Part shown: positions 50,366 through 62,918 of the stretch, in pieces
Layout of the letters: each line of letters starts with the position of its first letter
How positions within the stretch are numbered: the stretch's first letter is position 1
Assembly: GCF_004010195.1 (NCBI RefSeq)
Contig: NC_057722.1
Location: 65,665,932 to 65,729,931, forward strand
From: Chiloscyllium plagiosum
Taxonomy: Eukaryota
DNA length: 64,000 nt
Direction of reading: 5' to 3'
The notes under the pieces: model-generated
What the model was told of the DNA's origin: nothing
Seen by the model: only the letters and a program-made list of their open reading frames with translations
Databases searched by the model: none
Translations under genes and position numbers: made by a program

Positions 50366-52939
50366 AAAAAATAGGTAGTTGGTCAGCTTGTCAGGAATCA
50401 TATCAATACAAACTGACACCAAGTTCATAAGACATTTCCACCTCACATGAGCTAGCAGCCATAAATTTGGTGCAGCAGTTAAAGTAATGACATATACGAA
50501 AGCACAATGGACAGTAATTACACTGCGCTGCCACAATACTGGCAATCCCTAGTGTCAATCAAAAATTAACAATTTATTATAATGTAGCAACTTCATTGTA
50601 CAGATATGATGTGAGTCGATATGTGGTGATAAAAAAGTTTGTCTATGTCGTGTTTATCCTGAAGATCAGGAGTCCATAGGACTTAATTCCTCTCTGTCAA
50701 TTGTTGTAGGATTAGATGAGCATTTTGTGATGATATTTTGCATATGTTGTTCTGCACCCTAGAGAGTTCATTTTGCTCATCAACAGTAGAGATAAATAAC
50801 TTCATTGTACATGATAGTATGTTAAGAAGGAATCCTGATCAACTGCCAACCTGTCTCAATTCGCTGGGTTAAATCAACAACATGCTGATGCACATCAGAT
50901 TGCCACTCCTGCCAATATTCCGGGGAAGGATATTTCTCCAACGGGAGTTGTGCAACTGGTTCCAATTTTCACCCATGGCAGGTGGGGAATGTTTATCATG
51001 GCTTGATGACTACATTTACATATATATCAAATGTGGTGTAATTTACAGTTAAATACTTGCAATTAATGTAAGAGTATTCACATTTTTTCTTACATTTTTT
51101 CTTTAATTTAAAGGTTCTATATTACATGTGAACATTGAATAGTGTAACCAAGATCAGTGAAAAGGTTTATTTTGATGAAAATGTTGACTCTATTGCAACA
51201 CATGACATTGTGAACTGGCAACCAAATGTCCTCAGTGCTATTGATATTGTAAATATTGGCCAGTATTATGGATCAGCTCATTCTAGTGAACAACTTTCAA
51301 TAACAGAAGAGCAATTGTTTGGAGTGAGGTTTGTGGACAACTGTGTTCTTCTTTTTCTCTGCCTGATTTTTAATTTCACTTTCCCTTCTCTGAAATGCAA
51401 AAGCAAACTAGTGGTTGTATCAAATAGGCGCGCCTCTCGCTCCTGGCCATTTCGTGATGTTGAGTAAAATGTCAACCCATCAGGCATATTTAAATGGGAA
51501 AAAAATTGCTCACCAATTCTAAGATAGATTAGAATATAAGATTGACCTAGAATGTAAGATTTAAAAAAAAATGTTTTATTTGCATACAATTCAAGAGCAG
51601 AATGGCTTTATTCATAATTGACATAGTTAAAAATGACAAGAAAATACAGCATAGTTTAACAATAAGAGTTACAAATGCATTAAAATCTTAAATGAATGAA
51701 CAAATTAATGTATGAACAAAGACATAAAAATGTGTGCATACTGAAAAGCACTTGAATACATTTGATTGAAATAAAAGTTCAGAGAGCAATGGATCCATTA
51801 GTTTGATGTTAAGTGTACATCATGGCTTGTGTTCATCATGCTTACAAACACATTTGTCTCAAAGAAGTGCCAAACAATAACTATCTCCAACAAGAGAGGA
51901 TGTAACCATCTCCCCTTGACATTCAATGGTATCAGCATCATTGAATTCCCTCTTAAGCATTACTATTGACCACAAATTAAACTGGAATAGGCATATATGT
52001 ATGCTGGCTACAAGAGCAGGTTACAGGCTGGGAAGCCTGTAGCAAGTAACTCACCTCTGGACCAGGATCAAGCTATCACCTACACGGCACAGCCAGGACT
52101 GCAATATAATATTCCTGCATGTCTAGATGGGTGCAGATCCAACAACTCTCAAGAGGCTTAACACCATACAAGAAAAACCAATCCAATTGATTGGCATAAC
52201 ATTCACAAACACTTCTTTCCTCTACCACAGATGCTCAGAAGTAGCATCTGCAAGATATACCGAAGAAATTCAATTATGGTCCTTAGACAGCACCTTCCAA
52301 AACCATGCCAACTTCTATCTGAAACAGCACTGGTAGCAAATACATGGGAGTACTACCACCTGCCCATTCTCCTGACAGCCACTCACCATCCTGTCTTGGA
52401 AATATATTGCAGTTGCTTCAGCATGGCCGGGTCAATAAAAATGATATTATGGATCTACCTGCAGCAAATGCATAGCAACATTTCAAGAATGCAGCTCAAA
52501 GGTAACTGGGGTGGAAAATAAATGCTGTCATCAATGGCAGAGGGAAAAAGTGTTTGTGAATGCTATGCCAATAAATTGGGTTGGTTTTCCTTGTATGGTG
52601 TCAAGCAACACCCACATCATGTGAATGAATGTTGAAATATTCTGAAACTGTTTTCATTTTAGCTATGGAACGGTATCCCTGCAAAGGAAGTTCATAAATG
52701 AGGAGCAGATAGAACGTTATTACTTTGCCATAATGATAGTGAATGACAATTTCATTTGCAGAGCCATAAATCCCAGTTTTTCTTTTAACCAATATCTATT
52801 TTCTACAGCAGACAAAATCACAATGACCAGCAGTAACAGGACTTTTGAACTTGGGTGGATAACTTGGATAATTTTATACATGTCCCTGATTTTCATTTAT
52901 TCAGATGACAAAATTGTGCATGACTTGTATTATTTAATG

Positions 52940-53161
52940 AGGAGAAAGTGAGGTCTGCAGATGCTGGAGATCAGAGCTGGAAATGTGTTGCTGGAAAAGC
53001 ACAGAATGTCAGTCAGCATCCAGGGAACAGGAGAATCGACGTTTCGGGCATAAGCCCTTCTTCAGGAATCCTGAAGAAGGGCTTATGCCTGAAACGTCGA
53101 TTCTCCTGTTCCCTGGATGCTGCCTGACCTGCTGCGCTTTTCCAGCAACACATTTCCAGCT
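52940..53161. mobile_element. Palindromic PLE-derived mini-element inside pseudogene D
   Basis: 93-bp inverted arms at 52975-53067 and 53069-53161. 15-bp TSD TTGTATTATTTAATG at 52925-52939 and 53162-53176. Confidence 0.88.
53066..53103 (+). ncRNA. Minimal type I hammerhead ribozyme-like motif
   Basis: GAATC (stem I) - CTGAAGA - A - GGGC TTAT GCCT (stem II) - GAAA - CG - TC^ - GATTC (stem I). GUC cleavage triplet; self-complementary ACGT in place of stem III. Confidence 0.65.
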
Positions 53162-53980
53162 TTGTATTATTTAATGGACAACCTATTTGCTGTTTTGATT
53201 ACATACAATGTGCACAAGATGAAATTAGTAATAGAAAAGGTAAGCAACACCATTGCTAAAGGAATTGTTGCTTAAACTTGATGTGTGCATTGCACTGTTC
53301 AGATTTCTCCTCCAAGGCCAAACCAACAATGGATCCTGGTTTACACCCTTATGCTGGTACAATGTGCAATATGTACTGCCTGGTTAATTGCATTTCCACC
53401 TTATCCTTTGAAAAACACTAGTCACTTTAATAATACAATCATGTTTGAATGCAATGTAAGATCTTCATTTGCCTGCTGTTGTGTATTCAGATGTATTGGA
53501 TTTCTGTCCTGCGTGTGTTTTGTGGTAGCTGTTCTCGGTTGACATCTTCCAGACAACTTCAATGAAGTTAAACACTAATGTTTATCATGCTTATTTTTGG
53601 CACACTTTGGATAAATTTTATATGAGCGTATATATATATCCACCACAGAAATATGCCACGCTGGTTGAAATATTTGCTATTTTGACCTCCAGCTGTGGTC
53701 TGCTTATTTACATTTTTGCTCGAAAATATTGTATCATTCTGATGAAGAAAGCAAACAACCCAAAGAGGAGCAGGATGGGTTCAGTGGTTTCCAAAAAATA
53801 ACCTTTGAAAACATTCACAAATAAGGTCCAGATATGTTAAGAGATAATTATTTTGTCATAAAAATAATGAATGGCAATTCCACATGGAACACCTAAAGCC
53901 AAAACTTTCGCCAGCATCCATTTTACACAATTATACAAAGTCACAAAGATCAGCAGGAAGAGGAATTTTTAAGTTGGGCT

Positions 53981-54616
53981 TGTTATGGACTCAGCCAGAC
54001 CACTCAAAACATTCTTAAGCAGGCAGCCCAGACCATAGCCTTGCAATTTGTTTCAGTAAGTGTGCAGTGAAAATTACCTGGAGTAACTTAGCTAGGTTGA
54101 CTACCAGATTTTTAAACAGACAAAAATTTATTCACAAAACTACAGAATGAAGCACAAAGAACAGAATAAATAATATTTACAGAACTCAGTTTATCCAAAC
54201 TGGACGTAATTATGCTGTTCTGAATGTAGGTAACAGTCCTAATAAACAACCCCTTAAACACAGAGCAAAAAAAATGAAACAAAGGATTACGGGTTGAAGT
54301 TAGAAGGGCAGAAGAAGAGAGAGTTTAGCAGCCTGTTTCCACACAGCTCCACGGCTAACCTCCTAACTTAACTTCAGTTTCCAGGACTGGCCACTCCCCT
54401 TTCATGATACATGTCATTTCTAAACATAAAAGCTTTGGCCAAAAATCTCATCTGTTTACATATAAACAAAAGGGTCTCTCAATACCCTTTTATCTCTGTA
54501 CCAAGCCAGTTGATTTGGAGCCCAGCCTGCTTACGACCGCTCTGAAGAAAACCAAAGTCACACTATCTTTGAGAAAAGGAACAGCTTTTCAGAAAAAAAG
54601 GACCAGCTTTGTAACA
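53981..54616 (-). mobile_element. Solo LTR (probably Gypsy-type)
   Basis: TGTTA...TAACA inverted termini, 4-bp TSD GGCT. Absent from the paralogous 3' flanks of genes A and B. Confidence 0.8.
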
Positions 54617-56393
54617 GGCTGATATTTTGGACTATTTTATACAACTCCCCCTGATTTCCATTTAATCAGATTGAAAATAGTGTCTGAATAAACATGGATC
54701 AAAGTCCATGTTTTCTCACTGTGTCTTGAATTCCACCATTGTGTTTCGATTTGAAACTTGTCTTTTTGAATAAAAAAAAATCAGTTCTGAAACTTGGCCT
54801 ACTCATGTGTGCAAAATAAATTATTCATATCGATTTCACAAAACACGTAAACAAAAATGCTATCACTGTGCTAATTTGACATTGGTGGGGGGGTCAATGG
54901 TGGGAAGTTGAGGTGACACTAAATGGAATAAAGAGCTTTTCTTTGAATCCACTATTTAGTGACATGATGGAAAAGTGGATAATCAACCTATTTCAGAATC
55001 AGTTTTATTATCATCTCCTGAGAAAGGATACAAATAATTTGCTTATTCATTCGTAATGGTGACATCTGTGCAACAAGTATTTGCTAATCAGCAAGCCCTG
55101 CATGCTTATTTAATTCTTAGGAAACCTATGTGTTAGATAAAATATGTTGTGTATCTTCTTGCTCAGAGCTGTAATTCACCAAAATGTTGTAGCTTGGACA
55201 TTTCGAAGACTTAATTTACCAAGTCATTCCAGAAATGTTGTACTTGATGAGACTATCACATACTGCGTGCATAGACTTCTCCGTTGATTGAAATCAAGAT
55301 AACAACTTGGTGTTTCAACAATTTATCCATTATTCATGCAATTAGCCACAATATGTCCATGGATATGAATCATTTTCTTTCTAAATAAATGTGACAGAAG
55401 TGTTGGTGTCCATCGTAGGCAACATTGCAGAAGCCATTATTAAACATAAGATGATTAAATAATTACTGAGGAATAAAATATTTCGTGAAGTGAATGGGGG
55501 TGCTTGATTTGGAAGTATTACTACTTATCTGTTTTACTCACTTCCTTTGAATTGAATTATGACTGTCGGTGGGCTGTTGTTGCATCTGTTTTTGATTTTG
55601 TCTGCTCCACGAGTTTCCCACATGAAGATGTGAATATGTTTGCCATTTATGAACTACAAGGATGTGACCTTGTTATAATTAATAGTAGTCAAATTGAAGA
55701 TCAAATTAGGCAATTGAATTGCTTGTTACATTCAGTCCAGGTTTGGCAACTATCCTATGGCTACTGACTTCCGTGGTCAACCCCATCCAAACCTTCTTTC
55801 TGGCCTGCTCCTCTTGTCCATTATAAAGATAAATATCTCTGTAACATTGTTGTTTGCAGGAGGATACCCAGAGTGATATTGTGATTACTGGGTTAGATAT
55901 TGGAAAACATAAAATAAAATTTGATAAATTGAATTTGCAGTCAGTCAGAGTTACAATAGTAAAATTACAGAATCATAGAATTTTAAAGGACAGAGGATGC
56001 CCATTCCTCCTATTATGTCTGTACTGACTCCCAGAATTCGAGCCAGCTAGTCCCATTCTCTTGTTCTCTCTATAACACTTGAAATTCATCACTTTTAAAT
56101 ACATATGTCTAGTATTATTGAAATTTGACTCCTCCATTCTCCCAGGCATTGCTTTCCAAATCCTAACAACTTTCTGAGGAAAGACATTTCTCCTCATTGC
56201 ACTGCTAATTAATGTGCTTATAATCTTGAAATTGTGACCCCTTCTTAATTCATTTGCTTTCGGGATGTGAACATCACTGGCCAGCATTTGCTGCCAATCC
56301 TTAATGCCCTGTGAGTGGAATACACTTGTGACACCATCTGGGAGGACTGGTATGAATCACGTTGCTGTGGATCTGCAGTTGTTTTTACACCAT

Positions 56394-56965
56394 TATTATG
56401 GACCAGGCCAGGACCCTGCAAAACATTTCAAGAAAGTAGCCTAGGCCCTGACTTTGCTGGCTGTTTTAGGCAAGTGTAATGTGGATAGTCCAGGAGAGAT
56501 GCAGCTTGTTGAACCACTTAGTTTTAAACAAAACAATTTATTTACAAGGTTACCGAATGAAACACAAACAAAAGAGAACAGAATACCAAATAACTTAATA
56601 TATCTGAACTTAATGATACTGTTCCAAATACTTGCAACAAACACCCCATGGTACAAAAGGGTCTGACAGGAGGGCTGCCAGAGAGAGAGGAGGATCAGCC
56701 TGCTTCTTTGGAGTCCAGTAGCTTTTTCAACCGACTGACTGCCAAAGCCAAATAAAACCAGAGCAAAGCTTAGCTGGGAGAACTGGCCACTCCTCTTTCA
56801 TTTCACAAATTATCTTTTTAGAAACTTCAAAGCCTCTTGTCGGAGGCAGTATCTGTTAGCTATAATCAAATTGCCCCCAAAACACTTCAACTGTGGCCTT
56901 TAGGACTCTGTATCTTTTATGGCCTCACTGGAGAAAAAAAAACTAAGGACAAACCAGTCTCACAT
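56394..56965 (-). mobile_element. LTR remnant related to 3403-3973 and 53981-54616
   Basis: Starts TATTATGGACCAGGCCAG and shares GGCCACTCC(C/T)CTTTCAT with the 53981 element. Right boundary uncertain. Confidence 0.62.
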
Positions 56966-56974
56966 GGGGAATCT

Positions 56975-57190
56975 TGTCAAACTTCAGTAAGGCATTCAAC
57001 AAGGTTCCCCATGGGAAACTGGTTAGCAAGGTTAGATCTCATGGAACACAGGGAGAACTAGCCATTTGGATAAAGAACTGCCTCGAAGGAAGAACACAGA
57101 GGATGGTGGTGGAGGGTAGTTTTGCAGACTGGAGGCCTGTGACCAGTGGAGTGCAGCAAGGATCAGTGCTGGGTCCTCTACTTTTCATCT
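56975..57190 (+). mobile_element. CR1 RT fragment
   Basis: FSKAFNKVPHGKLVSK...VTSGVQQGSVLGPLLF. Confidence 0.85.
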
Positions 57191-57399
57191 AGGTTCACTC
57201 ACACTGTTATAAATTGAGAGGACCAACTACTGTTTAAGGGTTTTACACCTGTAATTCTAGTCCCTTTAAATAAACATGGATTTTATCTTTAATTGTAATA
57301 ATCTTGGGAGTGTTCTCCTGTTTATCAAATGCAGGTTGTCTAATCTTTTATTCACAAAGATTCAATCCTCAAAATATTGATCGAAAAGACCTTTTTTTT

Positions 57400-58615
57400 C
57401 TGAACTCTTTCAAGATTCAAAGCATCCTTCCGATAGGAAGGAGACCAGAATTGCATGCAATATTCCAAAAGTGGCCTAACCAATGTCCTGTACAGCTGCA
57501 ACATTACCTCCCAACTCCTATACTCAGTGCTCTGACCAATGAAGAAAAACATACCAAATGCCTTCTTCACTATCCTATCTATATGTGACTCTACTTTCAA
57601 GGAACTATGAACCTGCAGTCCAAGATCTCTTTGTTCAAGAACACTCCCTAGGATCTTACCATTAATTGTATACGGCCTGCCTTGATTTGCTTTTCCAAAA
57701 TGCAACACCTCGCATTTATCTAAACTAACCTCCATCTGCCACTCCTCAGCCCATTGGGCCATCTGATCAAGATCTCTTGTACTCTAAGGTAATCTTTTTT
57801 GCTGTTTACTCCACCTCCAATTTTGGTGTCATCTGCAAACTTACTAACCATACCTCCAATATTCACATCCAAATCATTTATATAAATGATGAAAAGAAGT
57901 GGACCCAGCATCGATCCTTTTGGCACTCCACTGGTCACAGGCCTCCAGTCAGAAAAGTAACCCTCCACCACTACCCTCTGTCTTCTACCTTTGAGCCAGT
58001 TGTGTATCCAAATGGCTAGTTCTCACTGTATTCCATGAGATCTAACCTTGCCAACTAGTCTCCATGGAGCACCTTGTCGAACCCGTTACTGAAGTCCATA
58101 TAGATCAAATCCACCACTCTGCCCTCTTCAATCCACTTTGTTACTTCTTCAAAAAAACTTGATTAAGTTCATGAGACATGATTTCCCATGCACAAAGCCA
58201 TGCTGACTATCCCTAATCAGTTCTTGCCTTTCCAAATACATTTAAATTCTGTACCTCAGTATTTCCTCCAACAACTTGCCCACAACCAATGTCAGGCTCA
58301 TCGGTGTATATTTCCATGAGTTTTCTTTACCACCTTTCTTAATTAGTGGCATCACATTAACCAACCTCCAGTCTTCTGGCACCTCAACTGTGACTATTGA
58401 TGATACAAATATCTCAGCGAGGGGCTCAACAATCACTTCTCTAGCTTCCCACAGAGTTCTAGGATGCACCTGATCAGGTCCCAGGGATTTATCCACTCAT
58501 GCTTTTCAAGACATCCAGCACTTCCTCCTCTGTAATGTGAACATTCTTCAAGGGGTCACCATCTATTTCCCCACATTCTTTACCTTCCATGTTCTTCTCC
58601 ACCGTAAACACGGAT
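57400..58615 (-). mobile_element. CR1-clade LINE fragment
   Basis: [23 protein letters not shown]...SKFADDTK and LYRTLVRPLLEYC. Confidence 0.9.
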
Positions 58616-59674
58616 GCAAAATACTCAATTATCTCAATGCCAGGAGATCAGTGAAGAAATCTCACAGTATAGTGTCCTAGGCCCAGTCATCTTCACCTAT
58701 TTTAACATTGTTCATCCATCCATCAGAAATCCCGAAGGGGGACTGTTCTCTGATGAGTATACAATGCACAGCAGGATTCACAACCCGTCAGACACTGAAA
58801 CACCTCAAATTGAAATGCAGAACGACCTGGATTACTTGAAGACTTGGGTTCATAAGTCGCAAGTAACATTGATGTCACATAAGTCCAAGAAAACAGCCTT
58901 GTCCATCAAGAAATAATCCAATCAGTTCCCTTTGTCAGTCAATGATTTTAAAATTGCTGAGTCTACCCTCCACAATCAATCGTCTGACACCTGCACATCA
59001 GTAACATGACCATGCGAGCAGGTCAGAGGCTTCCAATTCTGTTGCAAATAATTCACCTCCTCTGGGTAACAGTTGTTTACAAGTCATGAATGAGGAGTGT
59101 AGTGTCATATTCTCCACTTGTGTGTATGATTCCAACTCCAGGAACACTGAAACATTTTGATACTATCCAGGAGAAAACAGCTTCTTTGAAATTAGTTGAT
59201 AAGAATAAAGCTGGAACCACTTTAGGATATTTGCTGGGAGCTAAGGTTGCTATTCTCAAGCTGGAGCAGAGTTACAATGATATGTAATGGGTTGGAAAAC
59301 GCTGCAGATTTCAGCCCTTTTTGTTTTTGAAGCAACAATACTTTGGTTAACAACTAAATGTTGCTAACTTTTGTAGGGACTGAGTAAGAGCAGGAAGGAT
59401 GATAAATGCCATCAAAAATATTTTAGTCTATGTAGAGACATCCCAAATGATGTCTCACCCATTACCTTAACCACATGGCCCTAACCATAGATCAGCAGCC
59501 CAACTGATTGACACCCCACCACATTCAGAATGAACTAGTTTTACAACTGGTGCACAAGAGCAAGAGAACACCATCTACAAGATGCACAGTAGCACCATTG
59601 CTCCTTTGACAGTATCTGATAATCTCTCCAATTTATAAGAGCAAAAACAGCAAATGCATGGAAGCGCCAATGGT

Positions 59675-59977
59675 GGGCGGCATGGTGGCACAATGGTTAG
59701 CACTGCTGCCTCACAGCGCCAGAGACCCGGGTTCAATTCCCACCTCAGGCGACTGACTGTGTGTAGTTTGCACATTCTCCCCGTGCCTGCATGGGTTCGT
59801 CCGGGTGCTCCGGTTTCCTCCCACAGTCCAAAAATGTGCAGGTTAGGTGAATTGGCCATGCTAAATTGCCTGTAGTGTTAGGTGAAGAGGTAAATGTAGG
59901 GGAGTGGGTCTGGGCGTGTTGCATGTTGGTGTGGATTTGTTGGGCCGAAGGGCCTGTTTCCACACTGTAAGTAATCC
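59675..59977 (+). mobile_element. Full-length V-SINE (HE1-like)
   Basis: GGGCGGCATGGTGGCACAATGGTTAGCACTGC...GGGTTCAATTCC followed by the V domain. Confidence 0.9.
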
Positions 59978-60023
59978 AACAGCCACCAATTTCCTTTCAA
60001 GTACTTGAGGTCAAAGCTCTAGT

Positions 60024-60096
60024 CATCCCAGATGGGACTTGAACCCACAATTCCTGTTTTACAAGATCAATACCTTATCCAGTAGGCCACTGCGGC
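60024..60096 (-). pseudogene. tRNA-Arg(CCT)-derived pseudogene
   Basis: Reverse complement GCCGCAGTGGCCTACTGGATAAGGTATTGATCTTGTAAAACAGGAATTGTGGGTTCAAGTCCCATCTGGGATG is 73 nt and colinear with vertebrate tRNA-Arg(CCT) as I recall it (about 12 substitutions). Anticodon stem broken; the anticodon position reads TGT. Confidence 0.75.
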
Positions 60097-60289
60097 CATG
60101 CCAAACCAAACAGTCACTGTCAAACCCGTGCCTGAGCCTCCCCACAGAGGTCTGCTTGGCACTGGGTTAGTTTCCTTTCAACAGTGCTGATTGGTTGGCC
60201 AATCAATTCTGATTAACTGATGCACTGTTGCCGTAGTGGGAACCATGGATTGGCAATATCTTTCAAATAAATCCTGATGAATCTATCCC

Positions 60290-61838
60290 AACAGTCACTG
60301 CGTCAGAGGTCAGATCAGTTTTCCTTCATGTGAATCCAAGGAAAGTGATGGGACCAGACAGAGTACCAGGCCGCACTCAAAGGATGCGCAGATCAACTGG
60401 CAGAGGTCTTTTTGGACATCTTCAACTTCTCCCTGCAGCAGGCCACTGTTCCTGCCTGTTTCAAGAGGGCCAACATCATCCCTGTGCCTAAGAAGGCTCA
60501 TGTAGCATATCTCAATGACTACCGCCCAGTGGCCCTAACTTTGGTGGTCTTGAAGTGCTTTGAAAGGCTGGTCCAGCCTCACCACTACTCTTGACCCACT
60601 CCAATGTGCCTCTTGGACCAACAGATCCACGTCAGATGCCATATCACTTGCCCTTCACTCCTCCCTAGAGCATTCTGACACCAAGAATAGCTACGTAAGA
60701 TTCCTACTCATTGACTACAGTTCAGTCTTCAACACTATTATCCCCTTGAGATTGATTTCTAAAATTAGTGATCTTGGACTAAGCACCACTCTTTGCAATT
60801 AGATCTTCAGTTTCCTGGCCTACAGGCCACAATCAGTGAAGATTGGAGACAATCCTTACTAACACTCAACAATGGAGTCCCTTAGGTGTATGTACTCAGC
60901 CCCTGACTGTACTCACTGTATACTCATGACTGCATCACCAAATACCAGACTAATGCCATTTACAAGTTTGCTGATGACACCGCCATAGTCGATCAAATCT
61001 CAGATGATGATGAAACAAGCTACAGATGGGACCTGGAAAAATGGTGCACTGAGAACAACCTAGCTCTCAATGCCAGCAAAACCAAGGAACTCAGTATTGA
61101 CTTTCGGTGGGATATTACTTATGCCCCCCCCCCCCCACACACACACACACATGCACACGCACACACATTAACAGCACAGAGGTGGAACAAGTGCAGGGTA
61201 TCAAGCTCCTGGAAGTCATCATCCACAATAAGCTTTCTTGGACTCTTCATGTGGATGCACTGGTTACAAAGGCCCAACACCATCTCTTCTTACTCAGGCA
61301 GCTGAGTAAGTTTGGCATGATGACAAATACCCTTGCCAACTTTTATAGGTGCGGCATCGAGAGCATTCTGTCTGGATGTATCACTGACTGGTATGGCAAC
61401 TGTACTATTCAAGATCGGAGATGGTTACAGAGAGTGGTGAATTTGGCCTGGACAATCACAAAGGCCAACCTCCCATCTATAGAATCCATCCACCAGGCCT
61501 GCTGTCAAGGAAAGGCCGCCAACATTCTTGAAGATCCATCCCACCCTGACAATGTTTTTCTACAACCTCTACCATTGGGGAGAAGGTACAGAAGTCTGAA
61601 CACACACACCAGCCAGTTTCAAAATAGTTTCTACCCTACTGTTATTAGAATAATGAATGGACTCACAAACTCTTTACATTTGCCTGTACCTGTGCTTTTA
61701 TTTTTGCCGCTGTTTACCTATTAGTTACTTCCCTATGCTACTTAACTCTGTGATCTGCCCATATTGCTCGCAAGACAAAACTTTTCACTGTGCCTCGGTA
61801 CACGTGACAAATTCAATTCAATTCAATTCAATTCAATT
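60290..61838 (+). mobile_element. Rex1/Babar-type non-LTR retrotransposon, 3' part
   Basis: [27 protein letters not shown]...[48 protein letters not shown]. (AATTC)n tail at about 61811-61838. Confidence 0.85.
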
Positions 61839-62764
61839 AGGCACCTGCTTGAATATATTTCTTTTGTATACAGCCCCCACACATCATCAAGTAAGTAGAA
61901 TTAGCACTTTTCAACGGCTCTTGTGACATACTGAAGTCTCCCTATCTCTGAGCCAGGAGTCCTGATTTCAAGTCCCATACTCTGTAATAACATCTCTGAA
62001 CAGGATGACTAGATAATATCTATGTGAGTTATTTATCCCCTCAACTAATGATCTTAAATTGGTCAAGATTGATCAGCAATTGCTGCCTAAAAAGCAAATC
62101 ACAGCTTACGCTGGTCATTGGGCACTGGCATTCAAAGATGATATATATTGCATCCAGTCGGCATGTCGGGCCTGCAGGCTGAACCCTGTGAGCGAAACAT
62201 ACAATTCACAAAGCCACTGCACAGTAGCAGCATTAAACAACTTGCTTAACCTGCCGTGCAGGTAGTTGAGATCTTTTGCGCTTCTAAGTAATTTGAAATA
62301 AGGCGGGCACTTTTGAAAAAATGATGGGCTTTGGCAGATTTAGGAATTTGTGTAATGAATGAACAATGATTTGACCCAATTTAACATTGTCTCGCGGAAT
62401 ACGAGGACAGCTAAATGGAGATAATTCTGGAAGCCAGCAAATACAAGTGCTCGATCTGTAGTTTTGCGGTCCTGAATCACACTGGAAAATCCACTTCACG
62501 TTTTCTACTGGAAGACCACTTCAGAGTACTGAGCATCCGTAGATCTGTACACCTTTGGACTGTGGGTGTAAACCCACGCAGACACGGGAAGAATGCGTTC
62601 AAAAAGTTGCCCAAAGTTGGAATCCAACCTTAGTCCTCTGTCGGTATGAAATAGCAGTGCTAACCACTGTGCCACAGCGGCGCCCCATTTGGATTGAAGG
62701 TGCGCAGGTGACTACATTTTCAATTATTTGATTTATGGTTCTCGTGCTGAGGAAAGTGATGGTG

Positions 62765-62872
62765 TATTTTCTTAAGGGACTAGCCAAGTAATTTGTTGAT
62801 GTTCAACAGAGATTGAAATCAATTGCGCACCCATTAAGGAGTTTTTCATGGAAAAAGCTAGAGCTTATAAAA
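62765..62872 (+). promoter_or_regulatory. Putative proximal promoter of gene E
   Basis: TATAAAA at 62866-62872 and the conserved block shared with the gene B promoter. Confidence 0.6.
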
Positions 62873-62918
62873 CAGTCACCCTACTGTAAGCCAAGGGCAA
62901 TTTCTTGCACTGTCAAAG

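Larger units (their letters stand above)
50930..53801 (+). pseudogene. V2R/OlfC pseudogene D (closest to genes A/B)
   Basis: Remnants: exon 3 tail (about 50934-50981, ...CATGGCAG|gt); exon 4 (51114 to about 51330) with in-frame TGA at 51129-51131 and a later frameshift; 3' half of exon 5 (53176-53239, GQPICCFDYIQCAQDEISN); 5'-deleted exon 6 (about 53310-53801) with TGA at 53540-53542 and frameshifts. Its intron 4 aligns with gene B intron 4. No exon 1 or 2 found. Confidence 0.92.

Noticed and set aside
52940-53161. Long palindromes read as MITEs, DNA transposons or pre-miRNAs
   Set aside because: One-sided 30-35 nt tails, variable 11-15 bp TSDs, hammerhead cores and, for two families, direct linkage to RT/GIY-YIG sequence fit Penelope-derived fold-backs better.
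59675-59745. tRNA-like sequences with A and B boxes (also 13053, 42615 and 11200)
   Set aside because: They are V-SINE heads followed by the V domain and LINE-like tail, not tRNA genes.
61811-61838. Short tandem repeats (AATTC)n and (TTAGA)n as a CRISPR or telomere-like array
   Set aside because: They are 3' tails of LINEs and SINEs, with no spacers, in a eukaryotic context.
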